A DNA stretch of 63,956 bases from Minisyncoccota bacterium (GCA_036399335.1 DASWNF010000002.1:1-63956), one strand, 5' to 3'; shown: positions 42,730-53,994, numbered from the stretch's first letter. Notes: generated by a model from the letters alone, not told the origin. Numbers and translations: made by a program.

Positions 42730-43482
42730 ATGAAGTACCAATCGCTTAAGGCGCCCGAGAAAGGCACCGTCAGCCCGCGTTTACGAAACTTCGAGGAATG
42801 GGAGCGCGCGTGGGTTAAAGCCGGCTACCGAGAACGCCTCGGCCTGCTTCACGAGCTTTACCACACGAGCGGTGGAACGCAGCGCTTCTTCCGCTGGCTG
42901 CTCGAGACGGCAGACGAATTCCGGCGCTTGCAGGAAAAGTACACGGGCACCTCTGACCATCTCCGCAAGATCGCGGAAGCTGCCCTCGAGCTCGCCGTTA
43001 AGCGGACTTTGAGGCAGGGTGTCCTGACTGACGAGCACCACGATCTCGCCTGCTTATTCTGGTTCATGCGGGTCGAGGATGGCAGCTTCGTGAACATGAG
43101 CAAGTTGCAGCTGAGGGAGCCCTATGCCGGCTATGTATGGAGCGCTATCGACGAGGAGTGCCGGAAGGCCTTTACTCGCGAATGGAACAGCCACCATGCG
43201 TACCGGAAGGAAGCGATATACCTGCTCGATGCGCGGGACAAACTCCCGCTTATCATCCCGCAGATATGGATGCCGCGGTCGATGCCGCGCGTTACCTTTT
43301 ATCCGTGGAGCGTATTCGATAAATCCGCGATGCAGGCCCTCGAAGAGCTCGCGCTCCGCGATGCCCGAAAAGTCGGCGGGGGTACGGTGGACCTCGCTCT
43401 TATCCATGGCTCCAAGCCTGCGGCCCTGTATACGGCCGTACTCCAGGCTCGCGAAGCGCTTCAGGCGCAATGCCTAGCCTAA
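42730..43482 (+). CDS. hypothetical protein
   Basis: 250 aa with good GC3. No family recognised. Confidence 0.55.
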   Translation: MKYQSLKAPEKGTVSPRLRNFEEWERAWVKAGYRERLGLLHELYHTSGGTQRFFRWLLETADEFRRLQEKYTGTSDHLRKIAEAALELAVKRTLRQGVLTDEHHDLACLFWFMRVEDGSFVNMSKLQLREPYAGYVWSAIDEECRKAFTREWNSHHAYRKEAIYLLDARDKLPLIIPQIWMPRSMPRVTFYPWSVFDKSAMQALEELALRDARKVGGGTVDLALIHGSKPAALYTAVLQAREALQAQCLA

Positions 43483-43495
43483 AGCTAAAAATACC

Positions 43496-43526
43496 GCAGC
43501 CCTTCTTCGGAAGGGCTGCTTTTTTA
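43496..43526. terminator. bidirectional terminator
   Basis: GCAGCCCTTC-TTCG-GAAGGGCTGC followed by T6, with an A-run upstream. Confidence 0.8.
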
Positions 43527-43537
43527 TATGGAGTTGG

Positions 43538-44635
43538 CTAGCCGTGAAGGAATACCATCACGTCCCCGTCGGACACGACGTACGTCTTCCCTTCGGTCCG
43601 AATGGCACCCGTATCACGTGCTGCTGCCCATGAGCCGCTCGCGATGAGCTTGTCCCAGGCGACGACCTCGGCGCGGATGAACTTGTCCTTGAAGTCGTTA
43701 TGGATGGCCGCACCGGCCTCGGGTGCGGTTGCGCCTTCCGAAATGGTCCATGCGCGGCTCTCCTTCGGGCCGGTCGTAAAGAAGGTAATGAGGCCGAGCG
43801 TCTTATACGCGGCACGGATGAGCGAATCCAGGCCGTCAACCTGTACGCCGAGCTCCTGGCGGAACATCTCCTTGTCATCTTCGGCAACGTCGTTGAGGTC
43901 GCGTTCGGTTGCGGCATCAACGTGCACGTAAAGTGAGCCGAGGGACTCGATGAGTGCGTGCGCTGCGTCGGCCCTGCCGTCGTTCGTTTCGCCGATGTTG
44001 TGGCCGCCAGTCTTCCCGTTGAGCGAATAGAGGATCGGCTTCAGGGTAAGGAGGTTCATCGACTTCACGAGCTTTAGCTCTTCGGGCGTAAGCGGAACGC
44101 TGAGCGCAAGGCGCCCTTCGGTGAGTGCGTGCTCGATACTCGCAAGGACGGCGTCTTCGGCTACGGCCTCCTTAAGTCCGGCACGGATGTCGCGCACGAG
44201 GCGCTCGCGTCGGTTCTTTACGGCTTGCGTGTCGACAAGGATAAGCTCAAGGTTAATGACTTCGATGTCGCGGACGGGGTCGACATCGCCATGTACGTGC
44301 GTAATGTCAGGGTCATCAAAGAAGCGCACCATCTGGAGGATGGCATCGACTTCGCGGATATGGGAGAGGAATTGGTTGCCCAGGCCTTCCCCCTCGCTTG
44401 CTCCCTTTACGAGGCCGGCAATATCGACGAACTCGACGGCAGCAGGCACCGTTTTTTCGGACTTCGAAAGCAGGGCGAGCTGGGCCAGCCGCTCATCAGG
44501 TACGCCGACCACGCCCACGGAAGGATCAATGGTGCAGAACGGATAATTCTCCGCAGGCACGGCCTGCTTGGTGAGCGCATTAAAAAGCGTGGACTTGCCG
44601 ACGTTCGGGAGCCCGACGATACCTATCTTTAACAT
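43538..44635 (-). CDS. ychF: redox-regulated ATPase YchF
   Basis: MLKIGIVGLPNVGKSTLFNALT plus DIAGLVKGAS and a TGS-like C-terminus. 365 aa. Confidence 0.9.
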   Translation of the reverse strand: MLKIGIVGLPNVGKSTLFNALTKQAVPAENYPFCTIDPSVGVVGVPDERLAQLALLSKSEKTVPAAVEFVDIAGLVKGASEGEGLGNQFLSHIREVDAILQMVRFFDDPDITHVHGDVDPVRDIEVINLELILVDTQAVKNRRERLVRDIRAGLKEAVAEDAVLASIEHALTEGRLALSVPLTPEELKLVKSMNLLTLKPILYSLNGKTGGHNIGETNDGRADAAHALIESLGSLYVHVDAATERDLNDVAEDDKEMFRQELGVQVDGLDSLIRAAYKTLGLITFFTTGPKESRAWTISEGATAPEAGAAIHNDFKDKFIRAEVVAWDKLIASGSWAAARDTGAIRTEGKTYVVSDGDVMVFLHG

Positions 44636-44726
44636 CCCACTACCTTACGTTCTGTCGCCCGAAAAGGAAAGCCGCAACCTTCCTAACTAAAGAAAACAGC
44701 CCGCCGAAGCGAGCTGCTGCCCCTGT

Positions 44727-44873
44727 TCACGTCAGCGGCTTACGTTTTGCGAGCTGGGCTTCCGCACGCGCGACTTGGCGTTCTGCCTTGCCGAAAGACT
44801 TCCGTGCGCGACTGAGATACAGGGCGGCTGCGTTAATAAGTGCTGCCGTAGGCACGACTTCAGGACCGTCCAT
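44727..44873 (-). CDS. small hypothetical protein (48 aa), below the ORF-track length cutoff
   Basis: Translated by hand: MDGPEVVPTAALINAAALYLSRARKSFGKAERQVARAEAQLAKRKPLT. A strong SD (GTAGGAGGCCGAA) precedes the ATG. High GC3. Confidence 0.5.
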   Translation of the reverse strand: MDGPEVVPTAALINAAALYLSRARKSFGKAERQVARAEAQLAKRKPLT

Positions 44874-44889
44874 TTCGGCCTCCTACAAA

Positions 44890-44918
44890 TTGACTGAACT
44901 TGATTACTACCGTATACT
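44890..44918 (+). promoter_or_regulatory. near-consensus sigma70-like promoter
   Basis: TTGACT (44890-44895), 17-nt spacer, TATACT (44913-44918), about 55 nt upstream of the ATG at 44976, which has a GAAGGA SD. Confidence 0.55.
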
Positions 44919-44975
44919 ATACCACAGTTTCGGATCTTTGACCCGTTCAAGACTCTCAGAGAAGGATGACCAGTC

Positions 44976-46139
44976 ATGAAAGCAGAACAGTCACAGGACA
45001 GCGCCTTTACCGTGGTTATTTGTAACCAGGGTCACCACATCCACACGCCGCGTCACCAGCGGCGCGTGTTTGGGGAGTCGGAAAAGCGCCTCAAGAAGGC
45101 TTTGGCAGCGAAGGGATTCAGGCGCGGCTCGTTCCGCCTCATTCCCGTCAAGGCGACTCCGGGTTCTTCATCCCGCCAGGGCATCAAGTTTGCCTCGGCG
45201 GACGAAGAGAATCGTCGCATCAGCATGACGATCCAGCCGGGCTCCTGCGATACGGCTTGGCAATATTGGCTTGAGCCGCCGCGTGAAGTTAGCATCCGGA
45301 GCCTGTTTGAGGCCTTCACCTCTTCAGGGCGTGTCGAGGAGGAAAGGCCGTTAGCGCCCGAGGCGCTCGAACAGCCCGAGCTTCAGCCCGAGCCGCAGCT
45401 CGAGCAAGGTGCCGAAGATCAGGCACCGGAGCCGGCAATCGTGGAGCCTGCGCCACCTCCTGTTCCGGTGGCAAGTCCCACGAGCTTTGCCACCGATCTG
45501 CCGTTCGTGGCGCTCACGTTCGACACTTGCTTTCGGAAGCCGGACTCGCGTCCAGCTCCCGAAGATCTCATCGCCGTCCTTATGGACGAGATGGGTTGGG
45601 ATGAAAAGCTGGCAGCCCAGGGCTACCAGTGCCTCGTTAACCGGGGCCATCTCAAGGTGCACGGTGTTACAGGGAACGAGCGCGTGCTCATCGGGAGCGA
45701 TGAACTGCGCGCTGCCTTCCGCGAAATCGGCATCCACCAGGAAACCCGGGAATCGTCTGCGCAAGCAACGGTTTCCGCCATCTTGCCGGTGCCGACGAGT
45801 CGCGCGGTTCGCCCATTCCGGGCGAGCAATGAGCCTAGCGTACCCCCGGTGGCGCAGCCGAAGCCCGCACCTGCTCCGGCGAGCATTTTCGCCACGTTGG
45901 CGGAAATGGAAGAACGCGCGCTTACGTATGAGAAGGCGCGCGGGGAGTTGGTGCAATGCGTACCGGCGCAGACGGCGCTCATCGAGCGGATCGAACGTGC
46001 CCGTCTTGAGCTCGATACGGCGCAGCATGCGCTTAGCGAGCTGGAGCAGCGCATGGCCGCGCAGCAGAAGATCGTTTCCGACCCCGCCTACTCGGAAGCG
46101 GCAGATAAGCTGAGCCAGATCAAGGCCATCATCGGCTAA
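44976..46139 (+). CDS. hypothetical protein with Pro/Glu-rich linker and C-terminal coiled coil
   Basis: 387 aa. PEALEQPELQPEPQLEQGAEDQAPEP linker. C-terminal heptad-like LIERIERARLELDTAQHALSELEQRMAAQQKI. Confidence 0.6.
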   Translation: MKAEQSQDSAFTVVICNQGHHIHTPRHQRRVFGESEKRLKKALAAKGFRRGSFRLIPVKATPGSSSRQGIKFASADEENRRISMTIQPGSCDTAWQYWLEPPREVSIRSLFEAFTSSGRVEEERPLAPEALEQPELQPEPQLEQGAEDQAPEPAIVEPAPPPVPVASPTSFATDLPFVALTFDTCFRKPDSRPAPEDLIAVLMDEMGWDEKLAAQGYQCLVNRGHLKVHGVTGNERVLIGSDELRAAFREIGIHQETRESSAQATVSAILPVPTSRAVRPFRASNEPSVPPVAQPKPAPAPASIFATLAEMEERALTYEKARGELVQCVPAQTALIERIERARLELDTAQHALSELEQRMAAQQKIVSDPAYSEAADKLSQIKAIIG

Positions 46140-46154
46140 AAGCTCAGTGGACTC

Positions 46155-46184
46155 AAAGGGCCCCCACCATGGGGGCCCTTTTTA
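46155..46184 (+). terminator. rho-independent terminator
   Basis: AAAGGGCCCCC-ACCAT-GGGGGCCCTTT followed by TT. Confidence 0.8.
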
Positions 46185-46211
46185 TATCCTACCGATTTGA
46201 CCCGTTTTCGG

Positions 46212-46472
46212 TTATTGGTTTAGGAATTTTCCTATCCACCAAGCTTTCGCGCTGCGAAGCGTTACCGTAGAGAGCAGGTATCCTCCCACCGGCACGAGTG
46301 CGGCAAGATAAAAATCCGGCACCTTAATGAGGTACAGGAATAGGCAGGCAGCAAAATACGTAATTAAGGCAATGAGCCCTTTGCGGGTTCCGCTTATTTC
46401 CCAGGCCTTATCCGCCTCGACGCGCGCATTCCGTTGGTTAAGCTTCTCTACTTCCTCTTCCAGGTTGGTCAT
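46212..46472 (-). CDS. small membrane protein
   Basis: ATG at 46472. MTNLEEEVEKLNQRNARVEADKAWE followed by two TM helices. Confidence 0.5.
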   Translation of the reverse strand: MTNLEEEVEKLNQRNARVEADKAWEISGTRKGLIALITYFAACLFLYLIKVPDFYLAALVPVGGYLLSTVTLRSAKAWWIGKFLNQ

Positions 46473-46609
46473 GGGTAAAGCATACCAAACCCAGCACACC
46501 CTGCCCTGTTCCTCGGGCAATTGACTTCTACTGCCCGGGGTGTTTAATTTTCATGTCGCACGGTGATGTTTCTGGGTTGGCCAGGGATAAGTGCGCGGGA
46601 GAGTGTATT

Positions 46610-46930
46610 ATGTCCAGTTCTTTGGCACGCGGCATCTTGGCCGCCATCATTGTCGGAGCATTCGCAATGTTCGCACCGCCGGCGGAGGCGTTCGACCCGA
46701 AGATCGCATTCGTCCTCGTTTGCGCGGCGCTCGCCTTTCTGGCGGCGTACAGCGAGATCCGTGCGCTTTACTTCTTCATCGCGGGCGCCGTGCTGGTGCT
46801 CGCGAGCGGTCTCGCCATGCCCGAACTCGGCTTCTGCGCCTGCGCGTTCGGTCTCGCCCTGATCTTCGGCGCATTCATCCGCGTCGTGATCAAGGCGCTC
46901 AACCGCCCGACGACTTCCTCCGCCGGCTAG
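46610..46930 (+). CDS. small membrane protein
   Basis: GGGAGAG SD before the ATG at 46610. 106 aa with 3-4 TM. Confidence 0.5.
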   Translation: MSSSLARGILAAIIVGAFAMFAPPAEAFDPKIAFVLVCAALAFLAAYSEIRALYFFIAGAVLVLASGLAMPELGFCACAFGLALIFGAFIRVVIKALNRPTTSSAG

Positions 46931-47022
46931 TTCCGGCGCTTCGCCGCCCCTTCCGGGCTCTACAAAAAAGAGCCGCTTTGGAGGGAGCGGCTCTTTGTTT
47001 GCCTAGAGGGCTGGGCATTTGC

Positions 47023-47613
47023 CTACGCGCCGCGGCGGCCGAGGACGCCGATATAACGCTCCCAGTTCATGCGCTTTGTGTCCGAAAGCTTTTCCGCATT
47101 ACCAATGTGCGTGCGGCTAACACGGTAGCCGGCAAAGCCGAGCGTTGCGCGGGATATCTCATTCGTGAAGTCACCGAAGAGGAGCCGAATCTGCCACGGC
47201 TGGGATTTCGAGAGTGCGATGACGCGCGCCGTCTTTCCCTTAAGGAGCTTGTCCCACCCGGGGATGCTGTGCCAACTCTCGCGCTTATGGAAACGGAACG
47301 CAAAGCCGGGGATAAACATACGGTCCCACATGCCCTTCAGGAGTGCCGGCATAGCCGACCACCAAATCGGGTAGATGAGGACGAAGTGGTCCGCCCACTT
47401 CATGTCTTCCTGCACCTGCTTTAAGTCAGGCTCGAGTTCCTGGATAACCTTGTATCCCTTGTGGAGGATGGGGTCGAAGGAGAGGTCGCCGACGTTCGTG
47501 CGCCGCACCTCGTGCCCGGCTGCTTGCGCGGCTTCCGCATAGAGGTCGGCAAGGTGTCCTGAAAACGTTTCCTTATCCGGGTGCCCGAGGAGGATGTAAA
47601 TCTTTTTAGCCAT
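47023..47613 (-). CDS. NAD(P)H dehydrogenase (quinone)/flavodoxin-like fold oxidoreductase
   Basis: MAKKIYILLGHPDKETFSGHL...ADHFVLIYPIWWSAMPALLKGMWDR, the Flavodoxin_2 pattern. Confidence 0.75.
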   Translation of the reverse strand: MAKKIYILLGHPDKETFSGHLADLYAEAAQAAGHEVRRTNVGDLSFDPILHKGYKVIQELEPDLKQVQEDMKWADHFVLIYPIWWSAMPALLKGMWDRMFIPGFAFRFHKRESWHSIPGWDKLLKGKTARVIALSKSQPWQIRLLFGDFTNEISRATLGFAGYRVSRTHIGNAEKLSDTKRMNWERYIGVLGRRGA

Positions 47614-47699
47614 ACGTGATTTAGCGGCGACTGCGCCAATAGCGGACAAGGCGACGGATGATACGGAACAAGATAAGGAAGCGCGCGAGTTTCTTCACG

Positions 47700-47981
47700 T
47701 TACTTCTGTGCGAGCTTCGCAAGCTCAGGCTGGTATTTCTTCATGACGGTAAGCGCGGCCTTCATTTGCGGCTCGCCGCCCTTGACCCTGCGGTCGACTT
47801 CTTCGCCAATACGCTTAAACAGCTCCGGGTCCTTCTGGACCAAGGCCATGAACATGTCCCGCTGTTCGGGAGGCACATCCTTCATCTTCCACTTGAGCGC
47901 TGCGCCCATCAAGAAATTCTGTATACCCATATGCGGCGAGTGTACCATAGACCGGTCTCCGGTGCTGTATACTTTTCCCAT
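47700..47981 (-). CDS. hypothetical protein (start uncertain)
   Basis: ORF of up to 93 aa. The first ATG shares a CATG with the divergent transporter start. Internal Met codons at 47948 and 47930 are alternatives. Confidence 0.4.
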   Translation of the reverse strand: MGKVYSTGDRSMVHSPHMGIQNFLMGAALKWKMKDVPPEQRDMFMALVQKDPELFKRIGEEVDRRVKGGEPQMKAALTVMKKYQPELAKLAQK

Positions 47982-49029
47982 GCAAACCCAGAAAATACAG
48001 GGCTACTTCCTTTTTGGCCTCCTGGCCGCGGTCTCCATACTTACCTTCTTTATTTTCTCGCCATTCCTGACACCGCTCGCGCTTGCGGCCATATTCGCCG
48101 TCGTCCTCTACCCGCTCCAGCGGTTCTTCATTTCGCGCTTTAACGGCTGGCCGGGCCTCGGTTCCCTGCTCACGATACTGATTGCGACCATCTGCCTTCT
48201 CGTGCCGATATCGCTCATCGCGCTCCAGGTCATCGGTGAAGCCAAGCACACCTACATGTCCCTCACCCAGGGGGCGGGGCTCGTAAATACCCAGGGCACG
48301 ATAATCTACATAGGAAGTGCACTTGAACCGCACGCACCCGGTGCGTCAGCCGTCGCCGCAGACGTCGCCGCCGACCTGAACTCGTACGTTGCCGGAGGCC
48401 TCGAGTGGCTCCTCGCGCATCTTGGTACCGCTTTCTCGAGCCTGCTCGGCGTCGCCCTCGACCTCTTTATCTTCTTCGTCGCGCTCTATGTCTTCCTGAA
48501 GCACGGCCCGTCCATCCGCCAAAGCCTTCTTCGCCTCAGCCCCTTTAACGACGAGGACGATACGCGCATCTTCGACCGCTTGGCGCTTACGATTAACTCA
48601 GTCGTCCGCGGAAGCCTTGCCGTCGCCCTCGTGCAGGGTATCGTGGCCTCACTCGGCTTCATTATCTTCGGCGTACCGAATCCTCTCCTGTGGGGACTCA
48701 TCACGAGCATTGCTGCGCTCGTGCCGGGCGTAGGCACGGCACTCGTGCTCGCGCCAGCCATACTCTTCCTCGTAGTCTCCGGCGAGACGGTTTCCGCGCT
48801 TGGCCTCCTTGCCTGGGGCATTGCTGCGGTCGGGCTCGTGGATAACTTCCTCGGCCCTATGCTTATGGGTCGCGGCATCCACATGCCTTCGCTCGTCGTG
48901 CTTCTCTCGGTACTCGGCGGCCTCGCCTTCTTTGGCGGTGCCGGCATCTTCCTGGGGCCTCTTACCGTGAGCCTTCTTCTTGCGCTCTTCAGCCTCTACG
49001 CTGACGCGGAGAAGCGAAGGACTGCTTAG
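47980..49029 (+). CDS. AI-2E family (PerM-like) transporter
   Basis: 349 aa, multi-TM. The N-terminus MQTQKIQGYFLFGLLAAVSILTFFIFSPFLTPLALAAIFAVVLYP and the C-terminal GGLAFFGGAGIFLGPL are typical of the family. Confidence 0.75.
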   Translation: MQTQKIQGYFLFGLLAAVSILTFFIFSPFLTPLALAAIFAVVLYPLQRFFISRFNGWPGLGSLLTILIATICLLVPISLIALQVIGEAKHTYMSLTQGAGLVNTQGTIIYIGSALEPHAPGASAVAADVAADLNSYVAGGLEWLLAHLGTAFSSLLGVALDLFIFFVALYVFLKHGPSIRQSLLRLSPFNDEDDTRIFDRLALTINSVVRGSLAVALVQGIVASLGFIIFGVPNPLLWGLITSIAALVPGVGTALVLAPAILFLVVSGETVSALGLLAWGIAAVGLVDNFLGPMLMGRGIHMPSLVVLLSVLGGLAFFGGAGIFLGPLTVSLLLALFSLYADAEKRRTA

Positions 49030-49048
49030 TAAGCACTCCTTAGTGAAG

Positions 49049-49090
49049 GCAAAAAGAAGAAAGCCCCGTATGGGGCTCTCTTCTTTTTGC
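49049..49090. terminator. bidirectional terminator
   Basis: GCAAAAAGAAGAAAGCCCC-GTAT-GGGGCTCTCTTCTTTTTGC between the transporter and atpC. Confidence 0.8.
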
Positions 49091-49102
49091 ACATTGGATT
49101 CT

Positions 49103-49350
49103 TTACAGCAATACCGTCGCCTGGTTCTGCGAGACTTCGACGACGCCCGTTGGGGGCGCCTCAATGCGATGCTCTTCGCCGCCCTCGGCGAGGACGACAA
49201 TCGTCCCTTCCTTTAGGGGAGAGACAAAGGCCTCGTGATTGGCGAGGACGGTAAACACGCCTTCGCTGCCCGGGAAGGTAGCGGATACTGCTTCCCCGTC
49301 AAAGAGGTTCTCGCCGACGCGCGCGATGGTGAGATGGAAAGTCTTAGCCA

Positions 49351-49351
<1 letters not shown>
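49103..49351 (-). CDS. atpC: F1 ATP synthase epsilon subunit (short, beta-sandwich only)
   Basis: 82 aa. FHLTIARVGENLFDGEAVSATFPGSEGVFTVLANHEAFVSPLKEG. Last gene of the atp operon. Its ATG shares 1 nt with the atpD stop (TAATG). Confidence 0.8.
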
Positions 49352-50739
<1,388 letters not shown>

Positions 50740-51102
50740 TTAATCAGAGTTTGCGTCTTCAATCAAAAGATCAAACAATGCTGACGCAGTCTGCTGATCC
50801 GGTGATAACGCTGCTTGGGCTGAAGAGAAGGGATGCGGGATGATGTCTGCTAAGTGAAATGCGAGGATGTTTTTCCATTTATCACAAACCTGTTTCTCAT
50901 TAACACCCACCTGAGAAAGCTCACCGGATTCTAGGGAGAATGCTAATTCACCCAGTGCGGCATCAAACTTGGCCTCATAGCCTGGGGAGAGACCGGCAGT
51001 ATCTATCATTTCCCGCCAACGCCGAGTCCTCTCACCGAACCCATTATTGCGCTCAGGACTTGAAGGGCGCGGTTCGCTTAAGGGAGATCTTAATTCTTCC
51101 AT
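50740..51102 (-). CDS. hypothetical protein inserted between atpG and atpD
   Basis: 120-aa ORF in a visibly lower-GC (about 47%) segment. It is 8 nt after the atpG stop and 15 nt before the atpD start. No family recognised. Confidence 0.5.
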   Translation of the reverse strand: MEELRSPLSEPRPSSPERNNGFGERTRRWREMIDTAGLSPGYEAKFDAALGELAFSLESGELSQVGVNEKQVCDKWKNILAFHLADIIPHPFSSAQAALSPDQQTASALFDLLIEDANSD

Positions 51103-51110
51103 ACTTAATT

Positions 51111-52028
51111 CTAGGTCGCTAACGCCTCACGGCCGCCGACGATTTCCGACACCTCGCGCGTGATGGCCGCCTGGCGCACCTTGTTGTACACGCGGGTGAG
51201 GTCGCGTGCTACTTCCTTCGACTTATCGGAGGCACTCTTCATGGCCACCATGCGCGCCGAGTGTTCGGACGCCTTAGCCTCAAGGAGCATGTTGTAGAGC
51301 GAGACGGCGACGAGGCGCGGCGTGAGTGAGGCGAGCACGTTTGAGCGCGCATCCGATTCCGCGTCGGTGGCGTATGAAGCCGGGGCCTCAAGGATGGGCT
51401 CCTCGCTCCACTTCCCCTTTGCCGGGCGGATGTCGCGTACGAGATCCGTAAGTGCGTCAATCGTAAGCGGGAGGAGCTTATGGACGGTCGGCACCTGCTC
51501 GAAGGTCGAGCGGAAGTTGCTGTAGGCGGTCAGGACCTCGTCGTACTCGCCGGCGCGGTAGCCGTCAGCAATGCGGATGGCAAGTTCCTCCATAAGCGAG
51601 AGTTCGACTTCGGCGCGCTTGTTCTCTTGCGCCACAGCGACAGGATACCCGCGGCGGCGGAAGTACTCCTCGCCCTTCTTGCCGACGGCAAAAACGGTGA
51701 CGTCCTCGGGGTTACGCCCGCGAAGCCCGAGCTCGGCAGCCTTGATGACGCCGCTGTTGAGCGCTCCTGCAAGGCCCTTGTCACTCGTAATGATGACAAG
51801 TGCGACACGCCTTACCTCCCGGACCTCGGCGAGCGGGTCGGTCGAGAGCCCACGGCTTCCGGTGAGACGGGTAAGGATGGCGAGCGCGGCTCGTGCGTAT
51901 GGGCGGCCCTCAAAGGCCTGCGTCTGTGTCTTCCGCATCTTCACGGCAGACACGGCTTCCATCGCGCGCGTCACGGTGTTCATCCGCTTCGTTGCCGCAA
52001 TTTTTGCCTTAATGTCCTTGAGTGCCAT
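51111..52028 (-). CDS. atpG: F1 ATP synthase gamma subunit
   Basis: MALKDIKAKIAATKRMNTVTRAMEAVSAVKMRK...ITREVSEIVGG, the canonical gamma termini. Confidence 0.9.
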   Translation of the reverse strand: MALKDIKAKIAATKRMNTVTRAMEAVSAVKMRKTQTQAFEGRPYARAALAILTRLTGSRGLSTDPLAEVREVRRVALVIITSDKGLAGALNSGVIKAAELGLRGRNPEDVTVFAVGKKGEEYFRRRGYPVAVAQENKRAEVELSLMEELAIRIADGYRAGEYDEVLTAYSNFRSTFEQVPTVHKLLPLTIDALTDLVRDIRPAKGKWSEEPILEAPASYATDAESDARSNVLASLTPRLVAVSLYNMLLEAKASEHSARMVAMKSASDKSKEVARDLTRVYNKVRQAAITREVSEIVGGREALAT

Positions 52029-52046
52029 ACCGTGGGTAGTGAATGA

Positions 52047-53609
52047 CTACGAGGCCTTTACCGCGTCTGCGCGTCCGACAAATGTGTCGAGTGCCGTGCG
52101 GAGCTTTGCTTCCGTTTCTTCGTCGATATTCCGGCTCTCACGGATAGCCGAGAGCGCGTCGCTGCCTTCGCGAAGGAGGAAGTCCTGGAGCTTCGCCTGG
52201 GCCTTCGACGTGTCCTCAGGCGCATACGCGTCGAGGTAGCCGTTTGTTGCGGCAAATATGACCGCAGCCTCCATCTCGAAGGCGAGTGGCTCGCCGACAT
52301 TCTGTTTCAGCACTTCCGTCATGCGGCGGCCCGAATCGATACGCTTCTTCGTGTCCTCATCGAGGTCTGAAGAGAACTGCATGAAGGCTTCGAGCTCGCG
52401 GAACTGGGCGAGTTCAAGCTTGATCTTGCCCGAGACCTTCTTCATGGCCTTGGTCTGCGCTGCCGAACCGACGCGCGACACGGAGATACCGACGTCGATG
52501 GCAGGACGCATGCCCTTGTTGAAGAGGTCGGCGAGGAGGTAGATCTGGCCGTCCGTAATGGAAATGACGTTCGTCGGGATGTAGGCCGACACGTCGCCCT
52601 CCTGCGTCTCAATGATAGGCAACGCCGTGAGCGAGCCTCCGCCCTTCGCTTCGGAGAGCTTGGCAGCGCGCTCAAGGAGGCGTGAGTGCAAGTAGAAGAT
52701 ATCGCCCGGGTATGCCTCGCGGCCCGGTGGGCGGCGCAGGAGGAGCGACAGCTGGCGGTACGCGACAGCCTGCTTCGAGAGGTCGTCGTACACGACAAGC
52801 GCGTCCTTGCCCTGCTCCATGAAGTGCTCGCCGATGGTCGCGCCAGCAAACGGTGCCAGGAACTGGAGCGCAGCGGGCGCTGACGCCGGTGCGGTGACGA
52901 CGATGGTGTAGTCCATGGCTCCAGCCTCGGCGAGCTGGGCGACAATCTTAGCCGTCTTTGATTCCTTCTGGCCGATTGCGACGTAGATGCAGATGGGACG
53001 CGTCGCTTCGGGTTCGCTCTTCTGGTTCAGGATGGTGTCGATGGCGATTGCCGTCTTGCCGACGCCGCGGTCGCCGATGATAAGCTCGCGCTGCCCGCGG
53101 CCAATCGGGATCATCGAGTCGACGGCCTTGATGCCGGTATGGAGCGGCACGTTCACGGGTGCGCGGTCGATGACGCCGTACGCCTGGCGTTCGATAGGTT
53201 TAGCTACCGTTCCCGCTACCGGACCTTTGCCGTCTACCGGTTCCCCGAGCGCATTTACGACGCGGCCGACGAGGCCGTCCGCTACCGGCACCGAAAGGAG
53301 CTGGCCGAGACGGCGCACGAGCATGCCCTCGTAGATCTTCGAAGCATCACCCAGGATGACGGCGCGGACGCTGTCTTCCTCGAGGTTAAGCACGAGGCCG
53401 TAGATGACTTCGCTGTCCGCAAGCGCTTCTTCAAGCGTACGGTCATGGGTCGGGTCGAAGACGACCATTTCGGACATGAGCGCGCCTTCGAGGCCGTCGA
53501 TCTGCGCGATGCCATCGCCCGTCTCACGGACGGTGCCGACACGCTCGACGCCTTCGCTCGGCGTGAAGCCGGCGATCTCATTCTCAATACGCTTGATGAT
53601 GCTTTCCAT
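52047..53609 (-). CDS. atpA: F1 ATP synthase alpha subunit
   Basis: GDRGVGKT Walker [42 protein letters not shown]. Confidence 0.95.
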   Translation of the reverse strand: MESIIKRIENEIAGFTPSEGVERVGTVRETGDGIAQIDGLEGALMSEMVVFDPTHDRTLEEALADSEVIYGLVLNLEEDSVRAVILGDASKIYEGMLVRRLGQLLSVPVADGLVGRVVNALGEPVDGKGPVAGTVAKPIERQAYGVIDRAPVNVPLHTGIKAVDSMIPIGRGQRELIIGDRGVGKTAIAIDTILNQKSEPEATRPICIYVAIGQKESKTAKIVAQLAEAGAMDYTIVVTAPASAPAALQFLAPFAGATIGEHFMEQGKDALVVYDDLSKQAVAYRQLSLLLRRPPGREAYPGDIFYLHSRLLERAAKLSEAKGGGSLTALPIIETQEGDVSAYIPTNVISITDGQIYLLADLFNKGMRPAIDVGISVSRVGSAAQTKAMKKVSGKIKLELAQFRELEAFMQFSSDLDEDTKKRIDSGRRMTEVLKQNVGEPLAFEMEAAVIFAATNGYLDAYAPEDTSKAQAKLQDFLLREGSDALSAIRESRNIDEETEAKLRTALDTFVGRADAVKAS

Positions 53610-53627
53610 AGGTGTGGTTGATAAGTA

Positions 53628-53993
53628 TTAACGGGTGATGGACCGGTAGAGGTCGATGAGCGCACGCTTTCCGGAACGGTCGCGCAGCGTGTCGGCGGTC
53701 GTGAGGCGCCAGCCGCTTACCAGGCTCGGGTTTACCGCAGCTGTCGTCGTAACGCCCTCGGCGAGCACGGCCGCCTCAGCAGCCTTCGCTTCGGCGTCTG
53801 ACGCGACTTCGAGCAAGGGCCCACGGGAAGACTGGCGCGCGCGCAGGGTCTTGAGCTCGCGCAGGAGCTGCGGGAGCATCTTCGTGCGTCCTGTTTTCTG
53901 CAGGTGCGCCATGAGCTTCGTAAACACCTCGTCTTCGCCCATGCCGCGTTCGCGGATGAGTACATCGACGGCCTGTGCGTACGCGCGTACCAT
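53628..53993 (-). CDS. atpH: F1 ATP synthase delta (OSCP) subunit, unusually short
   Basis: 121 aa from the ATG at 53993. Sits between atpF and atpA. RAYAQAV start and a C-terminal NPSLVSGWRLTTADTLRDRSGKRAL motif resembling the delta C-terminal domain. Confidence 0.65.
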   Translation of the reverse strand: MVRAYAQAVDVLIRERGMGEDEVFTKLMAHLQKTGRTKMLPQLLRELKTLRARQSSRGPLLEVASDAEAKAAEAAVLAEGVTTTAAVNPSLVSGWRLTTADTLRDRSGKRALIDLYRSITR

Positions 53994-53994
53994 A

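Noticed and set aside
44732-44977. 81-aa minus-strand ORF from the ORF track
   Set aside because: It has poor coding character and would run across the consensus promoter. A different-frame 48-aa ORF with a strong SD explains the region better.
46591-47424. 277-aa Arg-rich plus-strand ORF
   Set aside because: It spans two better-supported genes (46610..46930 on plus in another frame, and 47023..47613 on minus). Its extreme Arg/Leu composition is typical of an out-of-frame high-GC translation.
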